A stretch of 51,767 bases of DNA, the filler included, from Catajapyx aquilonaris (Eukaryota), in NCBI GenBank assembly GCA_000934665.2. It is 2 parts of 2 records of this genome, joined end to end, with 100 filler letters (N's around TTAATTAATTAA, not from the genome) between each part and the next. Parts side by side here need not be neighbours in the genome. Positions count along the whole stretch, not along the records: positions 25,892 to 51,767 come from KZ539325.1; 1 more part is not named here. One strand, given 5' to 3'. This document shows positions 36,999-50,506 of the stretch, piece after piece. The notes below the pieces were generated by a model. The model was not told the DNA's origin and searched no databases. It was given only the letters and a program-made list of their open reading frames with translations. The first letter of the stretch is position 1, and the number at the start of each line of letters is the position of its first letter. A program made the position numbers and the translations under genes.

Positions 36999-39900
36999 CC
37001 CTAGTCCACTAAAAGGCTCAGGAATGAAGAAGACTCGTCTAGAAACATGAGCAAGAAGAAGAGACACAGTGGTATCGGAAGGTTCCAAAAATAGAGTTCC
37101 CGTTCCAATGTGTCTTGTTTTCTCAATGAAGCTTCACTATCCTTTAACACGACCATATTTACCAGGATAATAATGTGCAGTAACCCTGATGGGCATGATC
37201 TCATGCAACTGCCAGTAAGAAAGAGGTCCAGAAAGAAGTGTGACCCCTTCATAAACAGCCGGATTCAACATGTACCACATCAGTTTGATTGCATTACGGT
37301 AGTATTTTTAGGCTTCTGATTTGGCAGCCAAAATTATAGACTGTTTTTACTTACTCCGCTATAGAAAACTACAGGATTTCTAATGATATTCATGTAGTAT
37401 AGGTCCATATTCTTCGACTTACCTGAATTGCACAGACTATATAGACGCTTCCTATTGGCCTAGATAAAATTTTATGTGGCTTGGTTTTAAAATGTGCATT
37501 ATTTTAATGGTAAATATTCAACACTGGAACATTAGGATGAGATGGATGAAGATTGAAGAGTGATAGGTGATAATAGGTTGTTACAAATCAAAGCTAATAG
37601 CTATTACTTTACATTCGGGTACACTTAATTTCAGCACACTTTTAGTGGGATTCCTAGTAAAACATGTAATATCACGGATTCAGTTGTAAGTATTGTTGGT
37701 TTAATAGCAAATTAGATACTGCTTCTCCATAACATTCGCTTGCGAAAAGGCAAGAAATGTTTAAGATCAATAAATATTGGCCACAAGAACGATTGTCAGA
37801 TTTATTACGTACGATACAGCACATGCCCTTTTCCTCAGTACACTTAGGTTATCTTTGTCTATGTACACAATTGCATGCTTGTAAGATGGACTAAATACCG
37901 ACTTTGACAATGACAATACGATTAAACTAACGGTTTTGTGACAGACCAGTTGTTCACCCTCGATTCGGTTGACATGCGTTTTCGACAGCAAAAATGAGCC
38001 GAAAGGAAGCCCGAAGCTCTTTGACAAACGCATATTACTGTGACTCACCATATTCCTCCATCATCCATTTCAAATGATAGTAATACAGCAAAATTCTACT
38101 CCACGTGGCACAGTACATAGAGGTCCACGACTTCATTTTTTTATTTTTCAAAAATGGAAGCACATCTACACGTATTCGAACAAATAAGATTCACATCAAC
38201 TAATTCACAATTTGTAAATGGAAGTAGATAATGCGAATTATTTCTCATACGCAAACGGTTGAGTTGAAAAGCTTTTCAAACGGCTTTAAACAGAATGCTA
38301 ACAACTGCCCAGCTACCTTTCAAACGGTAGAAAAGTGCAATTTTTAAGACATTTTATGTCGACCATACACTTTTTTTCTCATTTACCTTTACAAACGTTT
38401 GCAGCCTATTATTGTGTCACTGTCACTGTTTTCCTATAATCCCAATCGCAGTTTTATTCAACATTTTTTTCTGAAAAGACATGATATGAAGACGTGAAAT
38501 GTAGCGTCTCTGAAATTGTTTTAATGAAGAGTCGTGTGTATATGTATATTTTTTGGTACAAATGCATTGGAGGGTCGGGGGAAGTAAGGAGAGAGTGGAA
38601 TGCGAGGCAAAGCCTTTGAAGGAGCGACGGGCTTCCTACAAAGCTACTGTACATAAAGAACGCCAAACAGGAACATCCATCAAGTGTTTTTTGGGGGATA
38701 CATTTTCGGCGCCCAGACGACACAGTTTTAACAGGTTCTGTCATCTGCATTAGATAAAACCAAATATAACAGAAACGGGGCCATCCAAACAACAACATTC
38801 GCAAATCTTTCCCCTTATCTCCGTCCGAGCCTGTCCTCACTTACCTGGTATCATATAGCAATGTGAGACACATTTCTTGTACATGAAGTATGTCTCAGGT
38901 ACTCATGCACGTTATTCCTGCCAAGGTGTAGTTGACAAAGTGACGTGGAAAGGGAGAAGCCTGACTTTTGTTACTTCTATAGGTAATTAGAATGGAAGCA
39001 CCGTAGATATGAATTTCCGTTGCAAGATATGACTGGCTGCTAAAATAATGGTCAACAATATTTAGCACCTCTCCATTTGATATACTGTAGCCTACTACCA
39101 TTTCACCTTCTATATGACGAAAGTAAAGCCAGAGTGTGCTACCCAGTTGGTCGCTTGATTTTAAAAAGTAAAATCGTAATCCCTGCATCATGTATTCTGG
39201 AGTTAAAATGCAATTATTCTACTCAGCCCTCTCCAGCGCAAGTCTTACATACAAAAATGTCATTGACACTCATAAATATTATTTTTGTGTGTCGGATAGT
39301 TCACTCTGGTTTTACACCCCTCTTATAAGCGAAGTGACTCCAAGTTACTATTCCCTCAAAGCAGCGCTACTTATTTCATATATATTTAAAAATTGGATAT
39401 TTGATATTGCGATATGTTAGAAATTTTGCACCACTCCAATAATTGGAGTTTGTCTGTTGCTGGGAGAAACGTTTAGTACTCTCTCAATGCCTGATAAAAT
39501 AATATTTAATGTAATATGCATGGCAGTAGCGAAATCAGTTTAGGCATATGCCCTCTCCAGATGAAGTAAACAGATAATACGTAGTTTACTAATCAATGGA
39601 CTGGTTCCATCACCGTAGAATCTGCAACACCATTCCATAAAACATCAAACTATTAGGCTACTAACCGTTATCTTGTTGTTACGTCACCTCAACTTTGGAA
39701 ATGTCTTTCACCCCTGCACATGTCAAACTTGGATGCAGTTTTTTAAATTTAAAAACTTGAAAACCACAATGATTAGATTACACATCACGACAGAATATAA
39801 CCTACAGGCCTATCGGGTCACAAGATAAGGTCACAAGGCCTGTGATCGCTGTATCCTAGTCAGTGCAGTGACCTGAAATCGTGACCTTCACGTTCCAAAG

Positions 39901-42900
39901 TTTTTTATTATTTTTATTTTCCAGACTTTGCCTTTAACTGTACAGCACCGCAATGATGTAGCTGAAATGGGATTTGTGCAGAGGACTATACAGTATTGTG
40001 CTGTGGCAATCGAAAACTGTACTTTGGTTTAATTACAAGGCCAATGCAGAGCGGTAAACAACGTGGAAAAACGTGATGCTTCAAGTCCATTAGCTGTACA
40101 CGGGTCATAACTAGATACCATACCAATAAAAAAACAACACTACCAGACTAAAACAGCGTCATCATTAAAAGAACGTTCACTTCTTGACTATAGGATAGTT
40201 GTGTAATGTCCCGTTCAACGACACGAGTAATGCACAAGTATTCAATTTCAAGTATACGACACACCACTCTAAAATGAAGTAGTTTATACACACGCTCATC
40301 CAAATTATTACTGTGACTTTCTGTCGAAAACAATGCCCTGGACAATAACAGAACGACACCAAACACAGTATCTACAAGGACAATAATACACAGTTTATAA
40401 ACAAATTCATTTTCTACGATTGAGTGTTTTGAAACAGAGTGGTCGCACGAAGCGAGCTCCGCAAAAACCAAACATTGATTAACGATGAAACGCGACAGAC
40501 AAAACAGTAACGCCAATAATTCGAGTCATACAAATAATCCCTGGCTCCCCTTTAGGACGTTTTATGTACAGTATAATGAATCCCTTGGCATTAGACAGCA
40601 ACCTAGTGGCACGATGGGAAGAGAAAAATGGCATAGGGAAAGTGGGGGNNNNNGGGGGGGGATGTTGGTTGCGAGGGATGATTAAAGCGCTGTTTTGGTA
40701 GACTATTTAATTCCACCTCCCTCCATAAGGATTGTCCATGTGTAATTATGCCAATTTTTTTTTCCAAACAAAAGTGCCAATAAAATAGGTATAATGTGTA
40801 CTATGCACAAGTCCGCAGGGTCGTAGTAAATGATGAAGAGGGGTGATAAAATGTCACACTGTATTTGCTGTTCTGGATGTGAAAGTGCTTCTTCATTGGC
40901 GACACACACACGAATTTTAAACATAATGATTACATTATGTACAGAGTGTTGCGCTGTCTTGACATGCCGAAGATGATCCTTTGAGTTTTCTCAAGGACCA
41001 CAGAATCATGCGATTAAAATGTTGACTTTACAGTCATCTACTAGCTACCTTGGTTCAATATAATTGCCTTTCTGATCAAACTTAAATATTTTCTATACCA
41101 GCGCTTTAAAAAAACGAACCACCTGATAGTCCGTTTATTATTCACTAGGTTCGCCGACCTCAACGTTCCGCCTCTGAAAAAAAAAATCCAAATTTGCATA
41201 ATTCCAAAGCCAATACATTGAGAAATGTTCTCCTCCAAACTGCGCTTCAAATCGCTGACTTTTATCCCACGAAGGGGAATTTAATACCACACAAGAAACG
41301 GAGTCTGCGAGACTGATTACTCCAGGGGGTCTAAAAAGAGGGGGGGAAAGTTTGGAAGACTATCAATATTCGTTCCCAATACTCCACCTACAATGTTTGA
41401 AAAGTTGATAAAATCAAACTGGGGATAAATTTTTATGGCACTTCCAAGTTGGCCAAAAGCTCATTCTAATATTTTTTTTTTGCAATGTCAAAGTGTGCTA
41501 AAATAATATCAGATGTAACAACCACCAACATTGCAGATGAGAACACTACAGACTACAACCAGAAAAAAATGACATCATTTGAATATTAGTAAAACCGCAT
41601 CCAAGTTTGCATCGACTGGTTCAACAATTTCGCTCTCCAGCATTCAGCTCTACTGTGCGTGATAAATAGTTTAAAAAAATCAATACCCGTTAGTTACTTC
41701 CGCGACAAATATTTGCCATGTCTCAAAGTTCCAACTAATATAAAATATATGAAATACTGCAAGTCAGTATACGAATTTTCTTCAGTTTCAGGGAAGAAGT
41801 CAGGCTCCAACATATCTCGCGTTTTATTTGGCAGGGTTAATGGAGGGTAGGAAGGGAGCAGGAAAATGGGGGTAGGGGGTAGGGAGGGTTAAGGTGTAAC
41901 AGCAGGCTCCAGAATCCCCCTTCAAAAACACACAAGTGCACCACGGGGAGCCATCTTGGCAGCGGATGACCCCTCTCACCTCCATGAAGAATATCCATCT
42001 ATCCCTTCCCAGCTCCTCCCCCTCTCTTCACCAACACCTCCCACCCTTCAAAGTCAACCCAGCACGCCACCAAATACCCAGTGTACAGGATGTTAAGAGA
42101 ATGCACCCAACTTGTAATATGGCAAGTGTCGGACAGGTACTCCTCTTTATAAACACTGAGTGTAGTACGATAAATTTTAACGTGCTATACATTCACGGCA
42201 ATCAGTGATAAAACGTACTCCAAATTATACCGTAACCTAACCGGCATTTGAATTTCTACAAGTCCACAAGTTAACATTATTGTTTTTTTTTTGTTTTTTG
42301 GTCAGAGATGTGAAGAAAATTTTACTGATCAAGATGTCAGTATGTTGAACTGCTAATTGGTAGAATTTATTATTCTACATGATTATGAGCACTCATTTTC
42401 TGGCATCATATTGACCAGTAAACTTGCCTGCACAATGATGAAACATGTAATATCAACATTGTTTTGTTAACATATTGTGTTATAATGAAGCATGTTCCAA
42501 GCAATGACACAAAGTAAAGGCAAATGACAAAGCCCTCCCCCATTCCCAACTCCCCACCCCCCAACCCACCCCAGATATAGCTTACNNNNNNNNNNNNNNN
42601 NNNNNNNNNCCCCCCCCCCCACTCCCTCTCAAATATCCCAAAGAAGGATTTTCTATTATCTATGTATGGTCTATGTGGTTTCTTAAAATGCATTATAAGT
42701 GCCCCGACTAGTAACAATATATTGCTCCCCATATATAGTGCCAGCCAATAACGCATAAAAAATCATACAGTTAACTCGTTTATAAGGTTATAATATCAAG
42801 AATGTACAGGATGAACCATCGTTACCACAAGATTACCAATTTGTTGCTTACAACTACTGCTATTTTACATCTGTCAATGTGATGTTATTAAATCAGTATC

Positions 42901-43105
42901 CAAAAAATGGCAGTAGTTATTCAGACAACACACTGGCAACCGGGTTACAATTTATGACTCATCCTGTTTGTGGCACATGACACGATGTTAGTGTGGAGAG
43001 GAGAGGGTTACTAGATGGGTCACATATCTGAAAATAACCTCCCCACCCACCTCTCTCCGTAAAATTACGATTAATTTTTTTTCTGAACCTGCCACCTCTT
43101 GACTT

Positions 43106-43344
43106 TTACACGTCGTAGAGATCTCTGCTGGGCTGGAAAGGTCGCCGGTAGGTGGTGTCGTCGGCATCGGCGGCGTCAGCATCGGCGCCGACGTCCCTCT
43201 GAGAGTCGATGTCGTCGCCCTTGTTGGACAACGGGGTGTCGCACGATTTAGGGCTGCAGACGAAGTGGCTGTCCACGTCGCATCGGCATTCGATGCAAGG
43301 ACCCGACGCTGCTGGGATCACATCGCCTACTCGATATTCCTTTC
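43106..43344 (-). CDS. Terminal exon of a von Willebrand factor type C (VWC)-like domain protein
   Basis: Acceptor cctgccccttttag|GA, phase 1. Encodes GKEYRVGDVIPAASGPCIECRCDVDSHFVCSPKSC (VWC pattern G-x2-Y-x2-G...PC-x2-C-x-C...C-x4-C), then an acidic tail to TAA. GC-rich coding-like composition, followed by a long AT-rich UTR-like region. No upstream exon found in the window. Confidence 0.8.
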
Positions 43345-44206
43345 CTAAAAGGGGCAGGGAATGTGGAAGGAGCGGATGAGATGGCAGTTCATGATGAATA
43401 GAAAAATGAAAATTTAATGTAGTTTGAAAGGAGTTCAGAATATATATTATTATCTTTGGGTAAAATTGAGTGAAGGGTGAACTGAATTTTGTATGATTGT
43501 ATAGGAGGCATAGTCTATTCTCAAATCCAGTAAATAGAGTGACAAATAGCATTTAAAATTAGCATGTGCTCGATGTTTAAATGAGAAATAGTGGCTTGAT
43601 TGTTTCGTGTTAAGCCTTCATGAAACTGTAGTTTTCGGAGCGGCCAATAGCGATAACAATAACGAATGAGCAATAGTGCGATATTTTGAAGAAATGTGTA
43701 CTGAGGTAATTTCCGTACGTGGACTTTCTTACTATGAAATATAGTGATCACTCTAACTGATAAAATGCCACAACATTTTATGTTCCCTATGAAATTTGTA
43801 CTGCATGGAATAATACCCGTTTCATTTTGCAACATAGCCAAATGCCGCATCACGAAATGTCAGGTCGATATTACATACGAGGTTTGTAACCATTTAAACA
43901 AGAGCTAATTACCCCGGCAGACATTGACATGGTGGTTTCTGTCAGAAAATAAAACACTCAGCAGGCATGAAATTATATGGTCAACTTCCGCCCATGCCAA
44001 AGAGAATTTGAATTTTATATTTCATCCCGCTATAGTAGACCTACTTGTATATTAAATTTGATGCCATATTTTTAAGTGAAGGATGGGATAGTTTATTAAC
44101 GTGGTGTGAGTACTGTGGAAATGTTGGTATGCTCAAATATTGCTGGTGCAACGAATCTAAGTCCCTGATAATATCGCTCTGCAGCACTCTTCTTGTCTCT
44201 ATTTGT

Positions 44207-44259
44207 GTCGTTAGTCGTCGTTAGTCGCCGTTAGTCGTCGTTAGTCGCCGTTAGTCGTT
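44207..44259 (+). repeat. Minisatellite (TTAGTCG(T/C)CG)n
   Basis: About five tandem 10-bp units. Confidence 0.8.
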
Positions 44260-46281
44260 AAATAGATAGGGATTTTGAGAAATACCCTGGTTTTATCATA
44301 TACCAAGCTCGGTGAAACCGGCCCTTAGTTAGTATATTATTTTACATGCCTTGAGAAGAGGCAAAAAGAGTTTTTAACCTCCTGCACATACGCAGCTATA
44401 CTATAATCATCATGTAAGGTGGTGACCTTTCGTGATTCACACGAGAATAACATGCACATGTGTCACACGTGGTAACAGTACTCGAAGGCACTTTGATCCG
44501 AATATCCTCGGATTCCACGGTGCGTTTCATTTCCACATGCATAACTCAATAATATGATCCTATTCTCACTGGGTCCGAGCACTTTCGGAAGGGAAACTCG
44601 GCTATCATTTGTCCGCCTGGGATGGAATTGCGATTGCATTTTATAATGGCTAATGTCGTACGTACCCCTCCCCCCACCACCCTAACAGTTTTTTTTAAAC
44701 ATTGGCTCCAAACTAGCCGAGATTTATCTGAGGCTTGTTCCTCCGATCCAGTCCCCGAAAAAGTCCTCCCGGGCTAATCGAGCATGTTTGAATTTCGGAC
44801 CCCATATATCCAAAAAAGAGGCAATTAGGAAGGCATGGGTGGGAAGGGCTGGAAGGGGGACGGGAGAAATGGGGGTGGGGAGGTGGTGTTCCACTTGACC
44901 TAACTTAGCTGTCAATTGCACCGCTCCGGGAGAATTGTAATATGGCCAGCACTCCGGTTCCAAAATTCAGTTGCTTTTCTGTACCTTATTTCTTCCCTGC
45001 CAAAAAGCACACCCTAATTCACGCAGCGTTGAAATTTCACAGTACAGTGCGGTACAGTGTAGCTATCTGCACACGAAAAAACAAAACAAAACAAACAAAT
45101 TACGTTTTAATCATGAAGAGTACTGGCACTCCCAGAATTTGTCTGGTTAGGATAATTATATTTTTTATATGCGTATAACTTTGCCGCAAATTTATTATAA
45201 ACTTATTTATGACTTGCAAGTGTGTAAAATATATTATGATAATCATTTTATTACTGCTTTGTGAAAGCGTGGAATGTATGCTTATAACATTTATCTAATA
45301 AAAAGTAAAGTTTAAACACATGTTAAAATCGCTACGGTAATGGCAGAAATATTATCTTGTAAAATTATTATAATGAAATTTCGCGACATTGCCACAGAAT
45401 GCATGAAATAAATTATGGTTGGAAAGTAACTTTCGTTGCCATATATGAGGGTTCTGTGGAGGATCATGAAAATGATGGCTGGACAAAGAAGTGACGGGTA
45501 CGAGCCATCGCTATCATGAGTGGACCTAGAACTGCCTGGACTGCCTGGAAATCTCCGCCATGGCATTACAGTTGTAGATTGCAATTTATTGTCAGTGACG
45601 AAACTGTCGAAGTAGACTATCTTACCATTGCCGGAATGTTTTGAGCACTTGGCCTGTCCATTCCTTTCCCCAGTGCCATGGAGGTAATAAACAGTCAAAC
45701 TAATTTGGTGGTCACCGAATTTCAATACCCCATCTTCCACTTAGTTTTCCCCGAGATGCATTCATTTCAGCCTGCCCTGGATAAACTGACGGGATCTGGT
45801 GCCCAAGCTAACCCTTGATTCTTCATTATCACAATTAAGAATTTTCCTGCGTAATTTTTTCAGGGTTAAAAAATTGGACGCACGCTTCATAACCTATAAA
45901 ATGGAGAGTTAGATTGACGAAAGTTGTGCGTGTCCCTATAACAACGTGCGGGGTTCGTTTATAAAATATTTCAATTGATTTTGATCACAATTGTTGTGGG
46001 TTGCTAAGCCATTGAAGTATTGTTGCGAGGGAAGACACCTTGAATCAGCATATACAATTATTGCTCTGCTGAAAGAGTTAAGGAAGATAAAAGATTTGAC
46101 TAGGATACATAAAAATTCTTCAAATGGACATTTAAGAGTGAGTACATTAATTACACAGTCACCCGTCTCATATTAATATGACCATACAGTTGGTAGCGCG
46201 GGGTAATATTTGATTAGGTAGTATATACGCTCAATTCTGAAACACACGGTATCATTTCAGTTCATAGTAGACACAGGAATC

Positions 46282-49200
46282 ATGCCTCGACAAAGGAAGC
46301 CTCGCCTCCTGTTCGACTGCTGTATAAACTATACGGCCCAGATGATTCTGAGAGCCATCCGCCAAGCTTCCGGATTCAGACCAAATGAAGACATCAAGGA
46401 TTTTGTAGGGGCATTTCCGACCACAGTGGCGAACAAGTTCACCTCATGTCTATTAAAGACAATGTCAGAATATCCGGAAAACTCCTGGACATTCACTAGT
46501 GTCCGGGACGCGTTCAGCCCATATTGCAGCCGTGTGGAGATGAAGAGTATGCACATGAGCGTAGACGTTCGGCACCTATTGTTTGCTAACCTCGATGCCC
46601 TGCCCGGACTGACATATCTGCAGATTGACTCCTGCTCGTGCTACGACATAGTCTGCTACACGGATGAAAACGACTTGGCCAATCTGACCAAGAATCTTAA
46701 GCATATGCCGAAGTTGAGGGTCTTGCGAGTTGGGGTGGTTACCGACGCAGCACTAATCAATGAACTGATGGAGCATTGTCCCAATATGCAGGTGGGTGTG
46801 TTCAATGCTCAAAAATTGAATATCTATAATAAATTAATCGATGCCCTCTCGATAGTCTACCGATCACAGGTCGATATATCAAAAATCAAAACCATATATG
46901 TCTTGAAATCGGATATCAGAATTAAAAATTGTACACCGATAAACCTATAGAGGTATCGGTAAATCTACTTGTACATGTATACAGGGTGTTCCAAATTCGT
47001 GGGTCGTTTTCATTTACCTGATATAGCCCGATAGCAGTTATTTTTATAGCTTGTTGTGCCCCATTCTACATATAATAGCAACTGCTATATTTGACCCCCA
47101 GTGGGTCGAATATAGCATACTTATAGTGAATGGGCATATCGAGGGTGAAAGGTCAGAAGGGCGTATGAACGCAATGCTTAAGCATTGTTCATACGCCCTC
47201 GATAATTATGGTTAGGGGCACAACAAGCTACAAAAATAACTGCTATCGGACGATATCAGTTAAGGTAAAGTGGGGGAAGTGCACAATCGGGGGAAGTGCA
47301 TCTCTGGTTGCTAGCTGGGGATGTGTGAAAGGTATTGCTGCGCCATATGTCGTCCTACTAGTGAATACTATGGTCTTGTAATCTGGCACAAAAGGGCAGG
47401 TTTACCTGCCCTTTTTGTCCAGAAGCACATGCTGTTTCGCGAGTTCTGCACTGCCTACTCCTGATATGAGATACCTGACAGCAACATCTGAGCGAGTTTT
47501 TCCGGTAAGTTTCCATCACCCAGTGTCCCTACTACACAGTTGTGGTGGCGTTCAACAGTATTATATGTATGTACAGTATGAGTGATGGAAGTGGGTAATC
47601 ACTGAATGTGGCGGGGGGGTATGCACTTCCCCCCGGAAAATGTACGGCTGGGGCAAGTGCACCTCTGCTACTTGGGGTAAGTGCACTCATGATGTACCAC
47701 ATAATAATTGAGTTCATTTTCTGTGTGAATGTTACATTTTACACTTACGCTACATTTACTTTACATGTTACACTTACTGGCACTAGCTTACTCTGAGCCT
47801 TCTGTGTTCCAAAGCAGCAAATGTCAAAATGGGGAGGACTTACTTACTTACTTACGCAGTTATACGCAATGAAGTTCGTATCTCCTGAACAAATTGAGAT
47901 ATCATCATTCTGTAAATGGCATGTTTTAGCTCTGCTTTTGATTATGACGCACTGCCCCCATCGCAGCAGAAATATAATTGCATGCAGGAATTGGATGGGG
48001 GGGATGCACTTACCCCTGGTGCCGGGGGAAGTGCACTCCTCATGCATTGTTCCGCATGATTGTTGCTGCCTTGGAAGCACTTCGTTATGAACCATTCTCC
48101 TTCTAACAGTGTCTTAGTAATGGACAGGAGTAACTGCAGGCAAAATTTCATTCAGATACAAGGAACAGGTGGGATGCGATAGATGATTTAAAGTGATCTA
48201 TTACAAAACAGGGGTGCACTTCCCCCACTTTACCTTATATGAAAACGATCCACGAATTTGGAACACCCTGTAGAAATAGATAGCTACAGAGCTAGCGACA
48301 AGTTGAGACCTAGAGAAGTAGAGATATTGATGAAAATATGAATAAATCGAGATATAGCTAATTTCAGATATCGACATGTGGACATACAGAGATATCGATA
48401 AATTTAGATGAGAAATCGAGATATAGAGCTCTCGAGATATTTATAAATCAAGATATGGGCAAATCAAGATATCGAAAAGTCTAAATGTAAAAATTTGAGA
48501 TAAGTTTATTAAAAATGAACTAAAATAAATATCGAGATTTTGAAAACTAAAAAATGCAACAATTTCGATATCAAAATGTTGAGATGTCGAACAATATTGA
48601 CGAAAGTAAATATAGGCAAATAATATAGCTTGATAATTATATTGAATTGATTCTTACTTTCATAGAGTCAGGTCAATAATTATTTAAAAAATTGATCGAG
48701 GACCAGAAATATTTAACATCTCTACTCTCTAGGTATATGACTGTTCGATATTCAAAATGTGCTTTTGCAAAATGGCCGTTTTGAAAACAGCCTCAACGCG
48801 ATATGATCATTTTTTCACTCAATGAACGTTTTCGGTGTTTGAGCCTGACATACGAATGTTATCGTATGTTACGTATGTTATCTTATGTTTACATTGATCT
48901 CCAATGGAGATATAGAAAATCGAACACCAACATCGAAATCGAAATTAGTGATCGAAAGTCGTAATCTAAATCGAAATGACAAATTGGAAATAGCAAAAAT
49001 TCATATTTAAATAGAAAAATTGCAAAATCAACATATCTGGAATTTTAAATGCCGAGGAATTGAGACAACATGACTCAAAAAATCGAACGTTATCGAATCA
49101 ATTTTTGATATAGGTTTACCAGTACAATATTATTTTCTCAAGTGATGCCTACTTCCATATAGTCAGTATACGATATGCGACAAATAACTTATTGATGCAA

Positions 49201-50506
49201 TATATCAGATTCTAACCAGTCATGTCCCCTGCAGAAGCTTTCCATGACCTGGAAGCTTCGCACCCGTCCCACAGGCTGCTGGGAAACCATCCAGAGCGTA
49301 GAAGTGAGGTACTACGGCGCGTGTGCCGACGAGGTGAAGTTCATGTTGGACAACATAAAGAACCTCGTAAAGCTGACTGTCAACGAATTTTTGCTGCCTG
49401 GACTTCTGCACCGATTGCAGGACAGCTACCAACTTACAAATCTTGTAGTTAACAATGCTTATGAAGACCCAAACAATTTCGTAAGATTGGTGAAGCACTT
49501 TCCGGGCCTGAGGGAAGTTATAGTGGTGAAGCCAGGAAACCTGATCCCACTCAATGACCTGGTCAACCTGAAGGTGACGAAGAGTTACGGAGTGGAATTT
49601 GCGTCCCACTGATAGTCATTGCTATAATAACTTAGCCGTGCCAGTGTTGGCAATGGTACTGATAAGTTAGCAGTGACTATCAGTGAGACGAAAATTCCAC
49701 CCACTGTATTTAAGCCATATCTTTTTGTGGACAATCAGTGGACTACTTTAAAGTTGGATGCATATATGTAAATGGCTTTAGGAGACAGTCCAGCGTACTC
49801 CGGTGTTAGGGAGTCATCCATAAAGTATACTTCACAAAAGTAGGGAGTAGACTCCAGTGGGATGAGGCGTGAGATGGGGGTGCGGGGGGGGGGGGGGAGT
49901 AATGTCACAATGTTCCTTAAAAGTACCAATTAGCCTCAAGTTCAATGACATGTCAATTTTTGTGGGGATAAAAACCCAAATCCATTTTGGAGGGGGGTCG
50001 AGCATATCGTGATTATGCGTGACACAGATGGGATAAGGACTCAAATGAGCGTGACGTACTTGTCTTGGTGTGTGAAATGACGTGAAATGACTCCCTTGAA
50101 AGGTGCTGATCATCTACCGGTCGACCCCTGCGATGATATCACAGTTAGTGGAACCATGCTTCACCAGACTGCGCCACCTGTCGCTGGGCTTCGTAAACAA
50201 CCTGGAAGCCGCCCTGGAGTCGGCAACATTTCTGCCAACCCTGTCCAACCTGTCCCTATATCGCTGCATGGAAGTCAGCGTCTACCGCATCGCCCAGGTG
50301 TTCGCCAATATTACCATCATGCATTTACAGGGCTGCGAGCCTTCCGACAAAGTGCGCATCAAGGACAGGTGTGACCAACCCTTCCGGCTACTAGAAAAGC
50401 TGCTTGTTCGGTACATGGGGGACAGGTTCACTCCGGCCCATCTGTCGTACCTTTTGGGACATTGTCTGGACATTCGAGAGCTGAACGTTTCAGAGAATCC
50501 ATTCAG
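46282..50506 (+). CDS. Leucine-rich-repeat-like protein, exons 1-3 (3' incomplete)
   Basis: Exons 46282-46791 (CAG|GTGGGT), 49235-49573 (AAG|GTGACG) and 50103-50506 (AG|GTAAGG) join in phase 0, 0, 2. Repeated LxxLxL-type units (LPGLTYLQI, MPKLRVLRV, HCPNMQKLSM, FPGLREVIV, FTRLRHLSL, LPTLSNLSL, HCLDIRELNV). Confidence 0.85.
46982..48270. mobile_element. TA-flanked MITE (CAGGGTGTTCC termini) interrupted by 47263-48235
   Basis: Termini CAGGGTGTTCCAAATTCGTGG / CCACGAATTTGGAACACCCTG. The roughly 80-bp inverted arm is restored when the inner element is removed. Confidence 0.85.
47263..48235. mobile_element. MITE related to family A, inserted in another MITE
   Basis: TIR AGGTAAAGTGGGGGAAGTGCAC / GTGCACTTCCCCCACTTTACCT with TA flanks. 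Confidence 0.88.

Noticed and set aside
38846..38976. Exon-like minus-strand segment with CAG|GTAAGT donor
   Set aside because: Stops occur in all three frames; a non-coding exon cannot be supported from sequence alone.
44207..44259. Short repeats considered as CRISPR-like
   Set aside because: No spacers and a eukaryotic context; a simple minisatellite.
45312..45740. 142-aa minus-strand ORF as a possible upstream VWC exon
   Set aside because: No VWC cysteine pattern and no convincing splice sites.
46792..46950. C-terminal 52 aa of the 222-aa ORF
   Set aside because: Read-through into the intron past the donor at 46791; AT-rich repeat sequence.
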